Positions 37,938 through 46,848 of a stretch of 64,000 nt of DNA are shown here, piece by piece; position 1 is the stretch's first letter; each line of letters starts with the position of its first letter. The stretch lies in assembly GCA_965228475.1 (NCBI GenBank), contig OZ245817.1, positions 960,001 to 1,024,000 of the forward strand. The letters are read 5' to 3'. Source of the stretch: Myxococcota bacterium (lineage in GTDB: Bacteria; Myxococcota_A; UBA9160; JAFDDA01). The notes beneath the pieces were generated by a model, which searched no databases, had not been told where the DNA came from, and saw nothing but the letters and a program-made list of their open reading frames with translations. The translations under genes and the position numbers were made by a program.

Positions 37938-38282
37938 ATGGCCGGCCGGAAGATCGACTTCTACTACACGCGCAAGGGCTGAACGTCCTGCACCCGAGCG
38001 TCCAAGTTCCTGGACGCCAACGAGATCGAAGCGAAGGAAACCGTGCTGGCGAGCAAGAAGCTCGGCAAGAAGGATGCGGCCGCCATGGCCAAGGCCGCCT
38101 CCCGGGTCGTCGTTGCGAAGGGCAAGAAGGTCAGCGAGTTCAAGCCGGGCGGGAAGGCCGGTGCGGACGTCGTCGCCGCCATGCTCGGCCCGACGGGCAA
38201 CCTGCGCGCCCCGACGATCCGCCGCGGCAAGACCGTGCTCGTCGGCTTCAACGAAGAGGTGTACTCGGACGCGCTGCTCTAG
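37938..38282 (+). CDS. ArsC/Spx-like thioredoxin-fold selenoprotein (UxxC; in-frame TGA at 37980-37982)
   Basis: GGGAGA RBS and ATG; MAGRKIDFYYTRKG-U-TSC continues in frame into ...MLGPTGNLRAPTIRRGKTVLVGFNEE; hairpin downstream of TGA. Confidence 0.85.
37998..38017 (+). promoter_or_regulatory. Bacterial SECIS-like hairpin
   Basis: GCGTCCA-AGTTCC-TGGACGC; 22 nt between UGA and loop; GU near the 5' side of the loop. Confidence 0.7.
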
Positions 38283-38300
38283 CGGCGGGCCGCCGGTCCC

Positions 38301-38717
38301 ATGCCGGATTTCGAACTCGACGCGCGCCTCGAGGGCGACACGCACTTCGTCGGCGACTGGCCCGTCTGCCGCGTCCTGCTGATGGACGACGCCCGCTTCC
38401 CGTGGCTGATCCTCGTGCCGCGCGTGGCGGGGGCGCGTGAACTCCACGCGCTGCCGAGCGCCGTCCGCGCGGTCGTCTTCGGCGAGATCACCCGGGCCAC
38501 CGCCGCGCTCGAACGCGCGACCGGCGCGGAGAAGATGAACGTCGCGGCGCTCGGCAACATGGTTCCCCAGCTCCACGTCCACGTGATCGCACGCCACGCG
38601 GGCGACGCGGCCTGGCCCGGGCCGGTCTGGGGCGTCGAGGGACGAGAGGCATGGGAAGGGGATGCACGCCGCGCGCTCCTCGAGCGCTTCGAGACCGAAG
38701 CGCAGCGCGAGGGCTGA
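38301..38717 (+). CDS. HIT-family protein
   Basis: KMNVAALGNMVPQLHVHVIAR, DAAWPGPVWG. Confidence 0.92.
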   Translation: MPDFELDARLEGDTHFVGDWPVCRVLLMDDARFPWLILVPRVAGARELHALPSAVRAVVFGEITRATAALERATGAEKMNVAALGNMVPQLHVHVIARHAGDAAWPGPVWGVEGREAWEGDARRALLERFETEAQREG

Positions 38718-38833
38718 CGCCGGCCTGCGTCGAATTCGCCAGCTCCGCGTTGCCGCCGACTTGACGTTCTGCGGGGCCGTTCGCGATCCTCGTCTCCCCC
38801 CTTGCGAGTTCGGCTCGCATCAAAGGGGGCTCC

Positions 38834-40444
38834 GTGAAGTCGACCAAGATCGTCATCGCCGCCTTGGTTCTGTCCACGATCGCTGAACAAGCCTTCGGAG
38901 ATGGCGCGGAACTCCGGCTCGTCCTGGACCGCCGCGACGTCATCGGCCCGGCCAAGACCCTCGAAGAGTTGTTCTGGCCTCCCCGGGCAGCCGAGGGTGG
39001 ACGCCTCGCTTTCTTCGAAACCGATTCGGGCCCGGTCTACGCGTGGGTCGACGGCGTCTTGCAACGGGTCTCCGACCGGGGCGGCCCAGCGCCCGACGAT
39101 CCGAGCCTCCGATTCTCCCGCTACGCCGAGCTGGCCTGGGATGGCGAGACATTGGTCTTCGACGCCTCGACCTACCCGGGCCTCAACGACGGTCTCTACG
39201 TGTACCGAGCGGGCTCCTTCCAGAAGATCTTTCGCGAGGGCGAGATGGTTCCCGGTTTGGACGAGCCCATCGGCAGCCCCCGCGGCGTTTCACTTCGCGA
39301 TGGTGCAGTCGTATTCGGAGCCTCGGGCCGGATTTGGGAATGGCAGGATGGAAACTTTGCGGTGCTCGTCGGCCCGGAGACTCCGCTCCCGCATACGGAG
39401 GGGACATTCGGGACCGTCTCGAGCCCCGTTTCCCGCGGCAATCGAACGGTCTTCTGGGCCTCAGGGGAGGCGGGGGTCGCCGGTCTCTACGAAATTTCGG
39501 AGGGAAGGATCTCCCTTCTTCTGCTCCAAGGCACACCCTACCCAAGCGAAGGGCCGATCCAGGGAACCACGCCGAGGGCATACTGGTTCGATTTTCACGG
39601 CCGAACCCTCGCCTTCATCGGGCCGAGGCGTGCGCTGTTCTCTCTCGTCGATGGGAGGCTGGAGAAGGTCGCCGACAAGGCGGTTCGAGCGGCCGTCGGG
39701 CGACGCAAGGTCGCTTTCTCCTACTGGCCCAATCTGTTCGGCTGGGAGCCGGGGGGGTCGGTGTTCGCCATCGGTGAGTCCGGTTCCGTCGTTGAGGGTT
39801 CGGTGGTTCATGTCTTCGAGATCGAGGCGGGAGCCTTCGCAGGGGGCGAATTCTTCCTCGGCGGGGCGGCCGTGGGCCAGGGCCCGCCGCCCATCGAGTT
39901 TCACTCGGCTCACTACGCGGCTCGGTTCGTGCCGGATTGCGAGGATGGCGTCGACAACGACGGCGACGGGCTCGCGGACTTCCCGGAGGATCCGGAATGC
40001 GAACACGCGGCGGACAACTCGGAGCGCGTTGCCATCCGGGTACGCCACCGGGGCCGGAGGCCGATCGCGACGGTCGCGATCCTGAGCCGCGAAGGCGCCG
40101 AACCGGATGCGATCGATCTCGATTCTCTCGCTTTCGGCCCGGAAGAGGTCCGGCCGCTCCTGCCGTTCTGGCACTTCCTCCACCGGAGGGACGTGGATGG
40201 AGATGGCTCTCTCGATCAGATCCTGTACTTCCGGGTCGATGGCGAAACCTTCGGGTCGCGCGAGACCGCTTGCCTGAACGGCCGGATCGAGGACCAGCCG
40301 TTCGAAGCCTGCGCCGAGATCGCGCCGCGACTGGGCTGTGGCCTCGGGGGAGAAGCTGGGTTGGCAGCGGCTTGCCTGGTGTTCGCAAGGAGAGCTTGGA
40401 CGCAGGGACGCTCGCGCAAGACCGCACGCTCGCTCACGCCTTGA
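38834..40444 (+). CDS. Secreted beta-rich protein with Ca-binding repeat and C-terminal sorting tail
   Basis: Signal peptide; CEDGVDNDGDGLADFPEDPEC; DVDGDGSLD; GCGLGGE-hydrophobic-RR tail. Confidence 0.7.
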   Translation: MKSTKIVIAALVLSTIAEQAFGDGAELRLVLDRRDVIGPAKTLEELFWPPRAAEGGRLAFFETDSGPVYAWVDGVLQRVSDRGGPAPDDPSLRFSRYAELAWDGETLVFDASTYPGLNDGLYVYRAGSFQKIFREGEMVPGLDEPIGSPRGVSLRDGAVVFGASGRIWEWQDGNFAVLVGPETPLPHTEGTFGTVSSPVSRGNRTVFWASGEAGVAGLYEISEGRISLLLLQGTPYPSEGPIQGTTPRAYWFDFHGRTLAFIGPRRALFSLVDGRLEKVADKAVRAAVGRRKVAFSYWPNLFGWEPGGSVFAIGESGSVVEGSVVHVFEIEAGAFAGGEFFLGGAAVGQGPPPIEFHSAHYAARFVPDCEDGVDNDGDGLADFPEDPECEHAADNSERVAIRVRHRGRRPIATVAILSREGAEPDAIDLDSLAFGPEEVRPLLPFWHFLHRRDVDGDGSLDQILYFRVDGETFGSRETACLNGRIEDQPFEACAEIAPRLGCGLGGEAGLAAACLVFARRAWTQGRSRKTARSLTP

Positions 40445-40498
40445 TCGAGCACGCTCGAAACGACCGAAGCGCCCGACTCCAGTCGGATCGGGACGCCG

Positions 40499-41041
40499 CT
40501 AGGGCGCCGCTGGCTGCGGCGTCCGGTTGAGCTTCTCGAGGTCGAAGCCCTTGGCCTCGATTCGGGCCAGCACCCGTTCGTAGCGCTCCGGGTCCATCGT
40601 CGGTGTGCGCGAGAGGATCCAGAGGTACTCGCGCGAAGGGTGGCCGACCACGGCGTGGCGGTAGTCCGGGTCGAGATCGATCACCCAGTAGTCGCCGGCG
40701 AACGGCCAGAAGAACTGCACCTCGAGCTTGGCCGTGCTGTCCTCCGGGTCCGTGACCCAGGCGACGCCTTCGATCTGGCTCAACTCGCCGTCGAAGGTTT
40801 CCTTGCGGCAGGCGTTCTCGACCTTGATCCGGCCGTCCTCGCGCAGGGAGTAGTCGGCGGTCGTCGCGACGCAGCCGCGCTGGAAACGCTGCGGGAAGCT
40901 CGCGATCTCGTACCAGCGGCCCAGGTAGCGGTCGATCTCGACGTTCTCCACCACGGCGAGCGGCGGGTGCGGCGTCTGGCAGCCGGCCGTCCACACGAGC
41001 GCGGAGAGGCAGAGGGCTCGAAGCCAGCGCGATCGCTTCAC
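40499..41041 (-). CDS. blc: Bacterial lipocalin lipoprotein
   Basis: Lipobox TAGC; RYLGRWYEIA, V.FFWPF.GDYWVI, YLWILSRTP. Confidence 0.9.
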   Translation of the reverse strand: MKRSRWLRALCLSALVWTAGCQTPHPPLAVVENVEIDRYLGRWYEIASFPQRFQRGCVATTADYSLREDGRIKVENACRKETFDGELSQIEGVAWVTDPEDSTAKLEVQFFWPFAGDYWVIDLDPDYRHAVVGHPSREYLWILSRTPTMDPERYERVLARIEAKGFDLEKLNRTPQPAAP

Positions 41042-41511
41042 CGCATCGTCCTTTCGGCGACGGCGCGGCCCGCGTCGCCCATGCGTTCGCTGAAGTCCCA
41101 GGAGACGATCTCCCGGGGCGCGATGGCGATCGCGGTCTCCTTCGAGGCCCGGGCCAGCAGGGACTTCGCGAGCTTCGAGGAGTCGTCCCCGAGGTAGCGG
41201 TCGATCGCGGCGCGGAGGATCTCTTCGCCGCGGTCCTCGTGGAGCGTCGCGATCGCCGGCCCGCGGACGCCGCGGTAGGGCGGCGCTTCCACCGAGACTT
41301 CGAAGGCGCAGGCCGGGTCGCGGGAGAGCAGTGCCGCGACGCTCGCCGAGCACTGGGTCGCGCACCAGAGCAAGCCGTCCTTCGGAACGAACCACAGCGA
41401 CGCGAGAACCGGGTGACCGGCGGCTCCGTTGCAGGCGAGACGGACCGGAATCCGCGTCGCTTCGAGGAACGCTTCGATCTGCGAGGTGGACCACGGGCCT
41501 TTGACGTTCAT
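41038..41511 (-). CDS. Pyridoxamine 5'-phosphate oxidase-like (split-barrel flavin/F420-binding) protein
   Basis: PVRLAC...G.PVLASLWF, PPYRGVRG, SWDFS. Confidence 0.75.
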   Translation of the reverse strand: MNVKGPWSTSQIEAFLEATRIPVRLACNGAAGHPVLASLWFVPKDGLLWCATQCSASVAALLSRDPACAFEVSVEAPPYRGVRGPAIATLHEDRGEEILRAAIDRYLGDDSSKLAKSLLARASKETAIAIAPREIVSWDFSERMGDAGRAVAERTMR

Positions 41512-41518
41512 GGGCGGA

Positions 41519-42424
41519 CTATCCCTCGTTCGTTGCCGCGAGCAGCATGACCTGCTGTTCCACTTCTTCGAGACTCGTGATGACGAGCGCCCCCTCCGGG
41601 CACTCGACCTCGCGCGCCCCGGCGCCGCCGAGCCAGAGCCGGACCTCGCTCGGCAGGATGGCATGCAGGCCGGCGACCCAGCGTGTCGCCTCTTCTGCCG
41701 GCATGGCGACGAGGCCCAGCGCGAGCACCGAAGCCTCGCTCTCGTCGGCCGCGGCGGCCAGGTCCTCGGCCGGAAGGTCCGTCCCGAGGTAGAGGACGTT
41801 CGCTCCCGCGCCGGCCGCCGTGAGCGCCGCCATCAGCAGGCCGAGCTCGTGGCGCTCACCCGAGGGCGTCGCGAAGACGATGCGGGGGCCGATCAGGGAC
41901 TGGGCCGTCGGTTGGAGCGCGCCGCCGAGCAGCGAGCGCAGGACGCCGCTCGCCAGATGTTCCTGCGCCTTGCCCATGCGTCCGTTCACCCAGCGCTCTC
42001 CGATCTCGCGCACCAGGGGCAGGGCGACGTCGCGCGAAAAGGTCACCGGGCCGAGCGCGGAGAGCTGAGCCGCGAGGAGGCGCTGCGCTTCGGCGGCATC
42101 GAGCCGTTCGAGCGCGGCCAGGATCGCGGTCAGGCGATCGCCCGCCGGAGCTTCGGCGACCGCGGCGCGCCGCTCGAGCTCGTCGTCCGTCAGGCGGGCG
42201 ACTTCGCCGATCCGGTGTCCGGCGTCGACCGCCGCCTTCACCCGCTTGAGCCGAGTGACGTCCGCCGCGCGGTAGCGCCGGGTACCGCCGGGGGTCCGCA
42301 GCGGCACGACCACCCCATGGCGGCGCTCCCAGGCCCGCAGGGTTTCCGGCGACAGGCCCGTCAGCCGGGCGGTTGCCCGGAGGGGGTAGGTCATCTCGAG
42401 CGCGTCGGGAGCGGGCTTGGACAT
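41519..42424 (-). CDS. carH: MerR-family B12-binding photoreceptor/regulator (CarH/LitR-like)
   Basis: TLRAWERRHG...RTPGGTRRY; W-x9-EH (WVNGRMGKAQEH); ExHxxG (ERHELG). Confidence 0.85.
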   Translation of the reverse strand: MSKPAPDALEMTYPLRATARLTGLSPETLRAWERRHGVVVPLRTPGGTRRYRAADVTRLKRVKAAVDAGHRIGEVARLTDDELERRAAVAEAPAGDRLTAILAALERLDAAEAQRLLAAQLSALGPVTFSRDVALPLVREIGERWVNGRMGKAQEHLASGVLRSLLGGALQPTAQSLIGPRIVFATPSGERHELGLLMAALTAAGAGANVLYLGTDLPAEDLAAAADESEASVLALGLVAMPAEEATRWVAGLHAILPSEVRLWLGGAGAREVECPEGALVITSLEEVEQQVMLLAATNEG

Positions 42425-42430
42425 CGCCGT

Positions 42431-42506
42431 AACTTATACGGGATTCCAAAAACGTCCAGATTTTTTCTGGACAAAACTCGAACGCGTACCAATCTGCGCT
42501 CATACG
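42431..42506. promoter_or_regulatory. Back-to-back promoters and probable CarH operator
   Basis: Inverted repeat GTCCAGA-N5-TCTGGAC (42454-42472); minus strand TGGACG-16-TAAGTT; plus strand TGGACA-16-CAATCT; YnnACR hexamers in 11-bp phase. Confidence 0.5.
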
Positions 42507-42520
42507 AGAGAGGAGGCCCC

Positions 42521-42991
42521 ATGGCCCGCTACATCGAAGCCATCGATCTCCCCCTGCCGCTCGAGGCCGCCTTCGAGTACATGGCGGACTTCAGCCGCAC
42601 GGCGGAATGGGATCCGGGGGTCGCCGAGGCGCGCCGCATCACACCGGGGCCCGTCCGCCGCGGCAGCCGCTTCCACGTGAGCATCGCCTTCCTCGGCACG
42701 CGCACGCCCTTCGAGTACCGGATCGTCGAGTTCGAGCCGCACTCGCGCATCGTCTTCGAGGGGGGCGATGCGTCGATGCGCTCGATCGACGAGCTCACCT
42801 TCACGCCGCGTCCGGGCGGCACGCGCGTCACCTACGAAGCGCGCATCGAACTGCTCGGCCTCCGCCGCTTCGCCGACCCGCTCTTCGACCTCGTCTTCCA
42901 GACGATCGGGCAGCGGGCGGTGGCCGGCCTGCGCAAACGCTTTGCCAAGACGACCTATCGCGCCGACCCCGACGAATATCGCGCCGCCTAG
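42521..42991 (+). CDS. SRPBCC (polyketide cyclase-like) protein
   Basis: AGGAGG RBS; AFEYMADFS...EWDPGV, G.RF.V, GTRVTYEA. Confidence 0.85.
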   Translation: MARYIEAIDLPLPLEAAFEYMADFSRTAEWDPGVAEARRITPGPVRRGSRFHVSIAFLGTRTPFEYRIVEFEPHSRIVFEGGDASMRSIDELTFTPRPGGTRVTYEARIELLGLRRFADPLFDLVFQTIGQRAVAGLRKRFAKTTYRADPDEYRAA

Positions 42992-43049
42992 TTCGCGCGC
43001 AGCCGGTTTCGAACACTCGATCTTCGAACGCCCAACAAGGAGAACCACC

Positions 43050-43283
43050 ATGAACGTCCACGTCGAACACCGGCCCACGGCCCGCGCCGTCGCGCGCCGC
43101 GAGGTGATCCCGGGAGTCAGCATGCCCAAGGCGCTGTTCATCCTGGCCGCCGGCCTCTCGTTCCTGCTCTCGGTTTCGCTCTTCTTCACCGGGAGCCGTG
43201 AGCAGGGCATCTTCGTCGGCATCTGGGTGCCGTCGATCCTCTCCGCGGGAGCGCTGCTGCTCGGGAGGGACGGCCGTGAGTGA
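43050..43283 (+). CDS. Small 2-TM membrane protein
   Basis: AAGGAG RBS; LFILAAGLSFLLSVSLFF and GIFVGIWVPSILSAGALLL helices. Confidence 0.7.
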   Translation: MNVHVEHRPTARAVARREVIPGVSMPKALFILAAGLSFLLSVSLFFTGSREQGIFVGIWVPSILSAGALLLGRDGRE

Positions 43284-43455
43284 TGCGAACCTGTTGACAC
43301 TCGGTGCGGCGGTGAGCTTCATCGCCCTCGCCGGAGCCTACGCCTACCTGCGCGAGTGCTTCCTCGAGGGGCAGACCGATCGTCGCGTGCAGCCCGTGCG
43401 GGTGGAGACCGATCGGTCGCGCCCGGCGGCGCACCGCGCCCGGGATGCAGCTTGA
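43276..43455 (+). CDS. Small single-TM protein
   Basis: GGAGG RBS; overlaps both neighbours; LLTLGAAVSFIALAGAYAYL helix. Confidence 0.6.
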   Translation: MSDANLLTLGAAVSFIALAGAYAYLRECFLEGQTDRRVQPVRVETDRSRPAAHRARDAA

Positions 43456-44516
43456 GCTCGGAGCAGACGCCGAGGGAACCGAAGGGCAGGGCGCCCGGCA
43501 CCGCGCCCTCGCCCGCCTCCTCGTCGGTTCCCTGGACGGCCCTGGGGTCGGCGCAGTACTGGCTCGGGCGAACGCTCGGCCGGCTCGTCGACCCCTTCGT
43601 CGTCTCCTCCTTCGATCGGACGGGGTTCCGGATCCACAGCCTGACCTTCCGGGAGGGGGACCTCGACGTCGACCTCTCGGAGCGGCGCTGTCTCGTCACC
43701 GGTGCGAACTCGGGCATCGGGTACGAGACGGCGCGGGCGCTCGCCGAGCGCGGGGCCGACGTGGTCCTGCTGTGCCGGAGCCTCGAACGGGGCGAGCGCG
43801 CGGCCAAGCGGATCCAGCAGGCGACGGGGAACGGGCGCGTCTCCGTCGAGGAACTCGACGTCTCGGATCTTTCTTCCGTGCGGCGCGCGGCGCGTCGCCT
43901 CTCCAAGGCGCCCGTCGATGTCCTCGTCCACAACGCCGGGGTGCTCCCCGCCGAGCGGATCGAGACGGAGGACGGCCTCGAATCCACCTTCGCCACGAAC
44001 GTCGTCGGCCCCTTCCTGTTGACCCGGCTCCTGAGCGAGCCGCTCGAGCGCTCGCCCGAAGGCCGGATCGTCTGGGTCTCCTCGGGCGGCATGTACACCC
44101 AGCGCCTGAATCTCCGCGATCCGAACTGGGCCGCGCGCGCGTACGACGGCGTCGTGGCCTACGCCGAGACCAAACGCGCGCAGGTGGTGCTCTCGGAGCT
44201 CTTCGCCGAATCCTTCCGCGGAACCTCGGTGGTGGTGAACGCCATGCACCCGGGCTGGGCGGACACGCCCGCCGTGCGGAGTTCGCTCCCGCTCTTCCAT
44301 CGCATCACGCGGTGGATCCTGCGGACGCCCGCCGAGGGCGCCGATACCGTCGTGTGGCTCGCCGCGAGCCGCTCGGGGCGCGAATCGACCGGCCGCTTCT
44401 TCTTCGATCGCGAGGCACGGCGAACGCACTGGCTCCCCTTCACGCGGGAGACCGAAGCCGACCGCCGGGCGCTTTGGGCGCTGTGCGAACGCGCGAGCGG
44501 TCTGGCGCCCTCGTGA
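43452..44516 (+). CDS. SDR oxidoreductase (DHRS12/retinol dehydrogenase-like)
   Basis: TGANSGIG, HNAG, SSGGMY, YAETK, MHPGWADTP; TTG start inferred from TTGA overlap. Confidence 0.88.
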   Translation: MSSEQTPREPKGRAPGTAPSPASSSVPWTALGSAQYWLGRTLGRLVDPFVVSSFDRTGFRIHSLTFREGDLDVDLSERRCLVTGANSGIGYETARALAERGADVVLLCRSLERGERAAKRIQQATGNGRVSVEELDVSDLSSVRRAARRLSKAPVDVLVHNAGVLPAERIETEDGLESTFATNVVGPFLLTRLLSEPLERSPEGRIVWVSSGGMYTQRLNLRDPNWAARAYDGVVAYAETKRAQVVLSELFAESFRGTSVVVNAMHPGWADTPAVRSSLPLFHRITRWILRTPAEGADTVVWLAASRSGRESTGRFFFDREARRTHWLPFTRETEADRRALWALCERASGLAPS

Positions 44517-44543
44517 GCGGTCGCGACGCGCCGGCGGGTCGCG

Positions 44544-45302
44544 ATGAGCGCCCCGCGCACGGCGCTCGTCCAGGGCGCGAGCCGGGGGCTCGGCCTCGCC
44601 TTCGTTCGCCGGCGCCTCGAAGGCTCCGAGTTCGAGCACGTCATCGCGACGTCCCGGGCTCCCGAGGAGAGCGTCGAGCTGCGCGCGCTGCGGGCGGAGC
44701 ACGGCGCTTCGCTGAAACTCGAGCCCCTGGACGTTCTCGACGAAGCGTCCGTCGAGGCGGCGTCGAAGCGGATCGCGGCAAGGCACCCGGCGCTGCACCT
44801 GCTCGTGAACTGCGCGGGGCTTCTGCACGAGGCGGGGCGCGTTCGGCCCGAGAAACGGCTCGAGGCCATCGAGTCGGCGGCGCTCCGGCGCGTCTTCGAG
44901 ACGAACGCGTTCGGCCCGCTCCTCGTGGCGAAGCACTTCCTGCCGCTGCTCGCCCATCCCGAACGCGCCGTGCTCGCGAACCTCTCCGCGCGCGTGGGCA
45001 GCATCGGCGACAACCGGCTCGGCGGGTGGTACGCCTATCGCGCTTCCAAGGCGGCGCAGAACATGTTCATCCGCACGCTCGCCATCGAGCTCGCGCGGCG
45101 CGCGCCTCAGGCGATCTGCGTTGCGCTCCATCCGGGTACGGTGGATACGGACCTCTCGCGCCCGTTCCAGCGCGGCGTTCCGGCCGAGCGGCTCTTCGAC
45201 GCCGACCGCGCCGCGCGCCAACTGCTCGGCGTCATCGGGAACCTGACGCCCGGCCAGAGCGGCGAGTTCCTGGCCTGGGACGGATCTCCGATTCCCTGGT
45301 GA
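44544..45302 (+). CDS. SDR oxidoreductase (CsgA/C-factor-like)
   Basis: GASRGLG, PEKRL, SARVGSIGDNRLGGWYAYRASKAA, LHPGTVDTDLS. Confidence 0.9.
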   Translation: MSAPRTALVQGASRGLGLAFVRRRLEGSEFEHVIATSRAPEESVELRALRAEHGASLKLEPLDVLDEASVEAASKRIAARHPALHLLVNCAGLLHEAGRVRPEKRLEAIESAALRRVFETNAFGPLLVAKHFLPLLAHPERAVLANLSARVGSIGDNRLGGWYAYRASKAAQNMFIRTLAIELARRAPQAICVALHPGTVDTDLSRPFQRGVPAERLFDADRAARQLLGVIGNLTPGQSGEFLAWDGSPIPW

Positions 45303-45348
45303 ATCCTCGCGGCACGCGATCGTCGTTCGCTGCTCGGCTTGGCTGCCG

Positions 45349-46131
45349 TCAGGGAGCGCCGCAGACCCGCTCGTAGGCGCCGCGCACGTCGTACCGGCCT
45401 CCGAGGCCACCCAGGTGGTCGTAGAGGGCGGCGAGGGTGCAGCCGAGGGCCAGGAAGTTCGGGTGGAGCGAGACGCCTGCATCGCGGCAGCGGACGAACA
45501 CTTCGTGGAACGAGGACTGGAAGCGCTTCGCGTCGAACTCGACCGCCCGCTGATCCCCGTCGCCGAAGTGTTCCCGGAAGGCGTCGCCGGCGACTTCGAG
45601 GTCGAGGAGGGCGAGGGCGTGTTCGAAGCGCTCGTCGTCTCCGGAATAGAAGCCGGCGTAGAGGCGGCGGACGCCGTCGAGGAACGCCGGGTCCCAGCGG
45701 ATCCAGTACGGCCCGGGGTGCCAGGCGAGGTCGTCCCCACCGCCGAGGAAGCGATCGAGCCGGAGGTCGATCGCCGTCGCCTCGAGCCCGTCGAGCTGGG
45801 CGAAGTAGATCTCGAGAACCCGCTGACCTCGCGCGCGCCGGGCGGCGTCGGCGAGGGTGGCGTGCGCATCCGGGTCCGCGGCGTCGGCGGCCGCCTGCAC
45901 GGCGACCGGGATGCCCCGGGCCTCGAAGAGCCGCTCGAGCTCCGCGGTCACCTCGCGGAATCCCGACGCGTCGGAAGCGTTGCCGAGCAGCTCGCGCCCC
46001 TGGCGCAGGAGCGTCCGGGCCGGGATCACGTCGAAGAAGCTCGGGGAGATGAAGTCCGAGAGCTGTTCCCATTCGGCTCCGCCGAGCGTGCGGCGGATCA
46101 AACCCTCGGCGCTGCGGGCCCAGCGGAACAT
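45349..46131 (-). CDS. Hypothetical protein
   Basis: Good codon bias; GAGG upstream; no decisive motif. Confidence 0.7.
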   Translation of the reverse strand: MFRWARSAEGLIRRTLGGAEWEQLSDFISPSFFDVIPARTLLRQGRELLGNASDASGFREVTAELERLFEARGIPVAVQAAADAADPDAHATLADAARRARGQRVLEIYFAQLDGLEATAIDLRLDRFLGGGDDLAWHPGPYWIRWDPAFLDGVRRLYAGFYSGDDERFEHALALLDLEVAGDAFREHFGDGDQRAVEFDAKRFQSSFHEVFVRCRDAGVSLHPNFLALGCTLAALYDHLGGLGGRYDVRGAYERVCGAP

Positions 46132-46321
46132 CCTCGTAGGGTTCCTCGCGCCCGGGCCGCGTCAAGCGAGGCTCGTTCCGGCCGAAGCGCGCACCGGACA
46201 CAGACCAGTTCGACAATATCGAAACGAGTCACAGAAACTTTCTATTTGTGGAATCCGGGATCCCTCCCGATACTGATCTCGAGCCCGTCGAGCGCCCATC
46301 GGACGGGAACGGAGGTCGAAC

Positions 46322-46840
46322 ATGCGGATGGCAAGATCGGGATGGCGACCGAGGGCCCGCCGGCACCCGGCGGTCGCGGCTCCGCCGCACATTGCACGAC
46401 AGATCGAGGTGGCGAGCCGGCTGGCTCCCGCAGAGGCCTACCAGAGCCGCTCCGCGTTGCTGCTCTGCTGCCGGGACGCGGACCCGGAGCGCGCGGAGGA
46501 GTCCCTGCGCGCGGTCGGAGGCGTGGACGAGGTCCACCCGCTGCGCTGTCCGATCGGCTCCTGGGCGGACGCCCTCGAAGCGCCGCGCGGCACCGAATCC
46601 TGGCTGCGCCACTACGTGATGCGCGCGTTCCATCGCAGGGCTCCGGACCTGCTCGCCGTGCTCGATTCGAGCGAGCCCCGGGGCGAGCCGCGCGGCCAGG
46701 AGCTCATCGCCATGCTCCGGAGCTGGGGCGTGACGTGCCCGGTGGCGGTGCTGCGGGTTCGTGCGAGTCAGGGCGCCGAGCCGTCCGTGGCACGATCGAG
46801 GGTGCGCAGCGTCGAGCCGCCGGCGAGCCGGACCGGCTGA
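46322..46840 (+). CDS. Hypothetical protein
   Basis: GGAGG RBS before ATG; fills the gap between flanking genes. Confidence 0.5.
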   Translation: MRMARSGWRPRARRHPAVAAPPHIARQIEVASRLAPAEAYQSRSALLLCCRDADPERAEESLRAVGGVDEVHPLRCPIGSWADALEAPRGTESWLRHYVMRAFHRRAPDLLAVLDSSEPRGEPRGQELIAMLRSWGVTCPVAVLRVRASQGAEPSVARSRVRSVEPPASRTG

Positions 46841-46848
46841 GCGGGCGA

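Noticed and set aside
36885..37982. 365-aa plus-strand ORF ending at the TGA
   Set aside because: Only its last 14 codons are real (selenoprotein N-terminus); the rest is antisense to the acyltransferase
45349..46131. Possible ABC1/UbiB kinase-like C-lobe
   Set aside because: Only a vague resemblance; no VAVK, HxD or DFG motifs seen, so left as hypothetical
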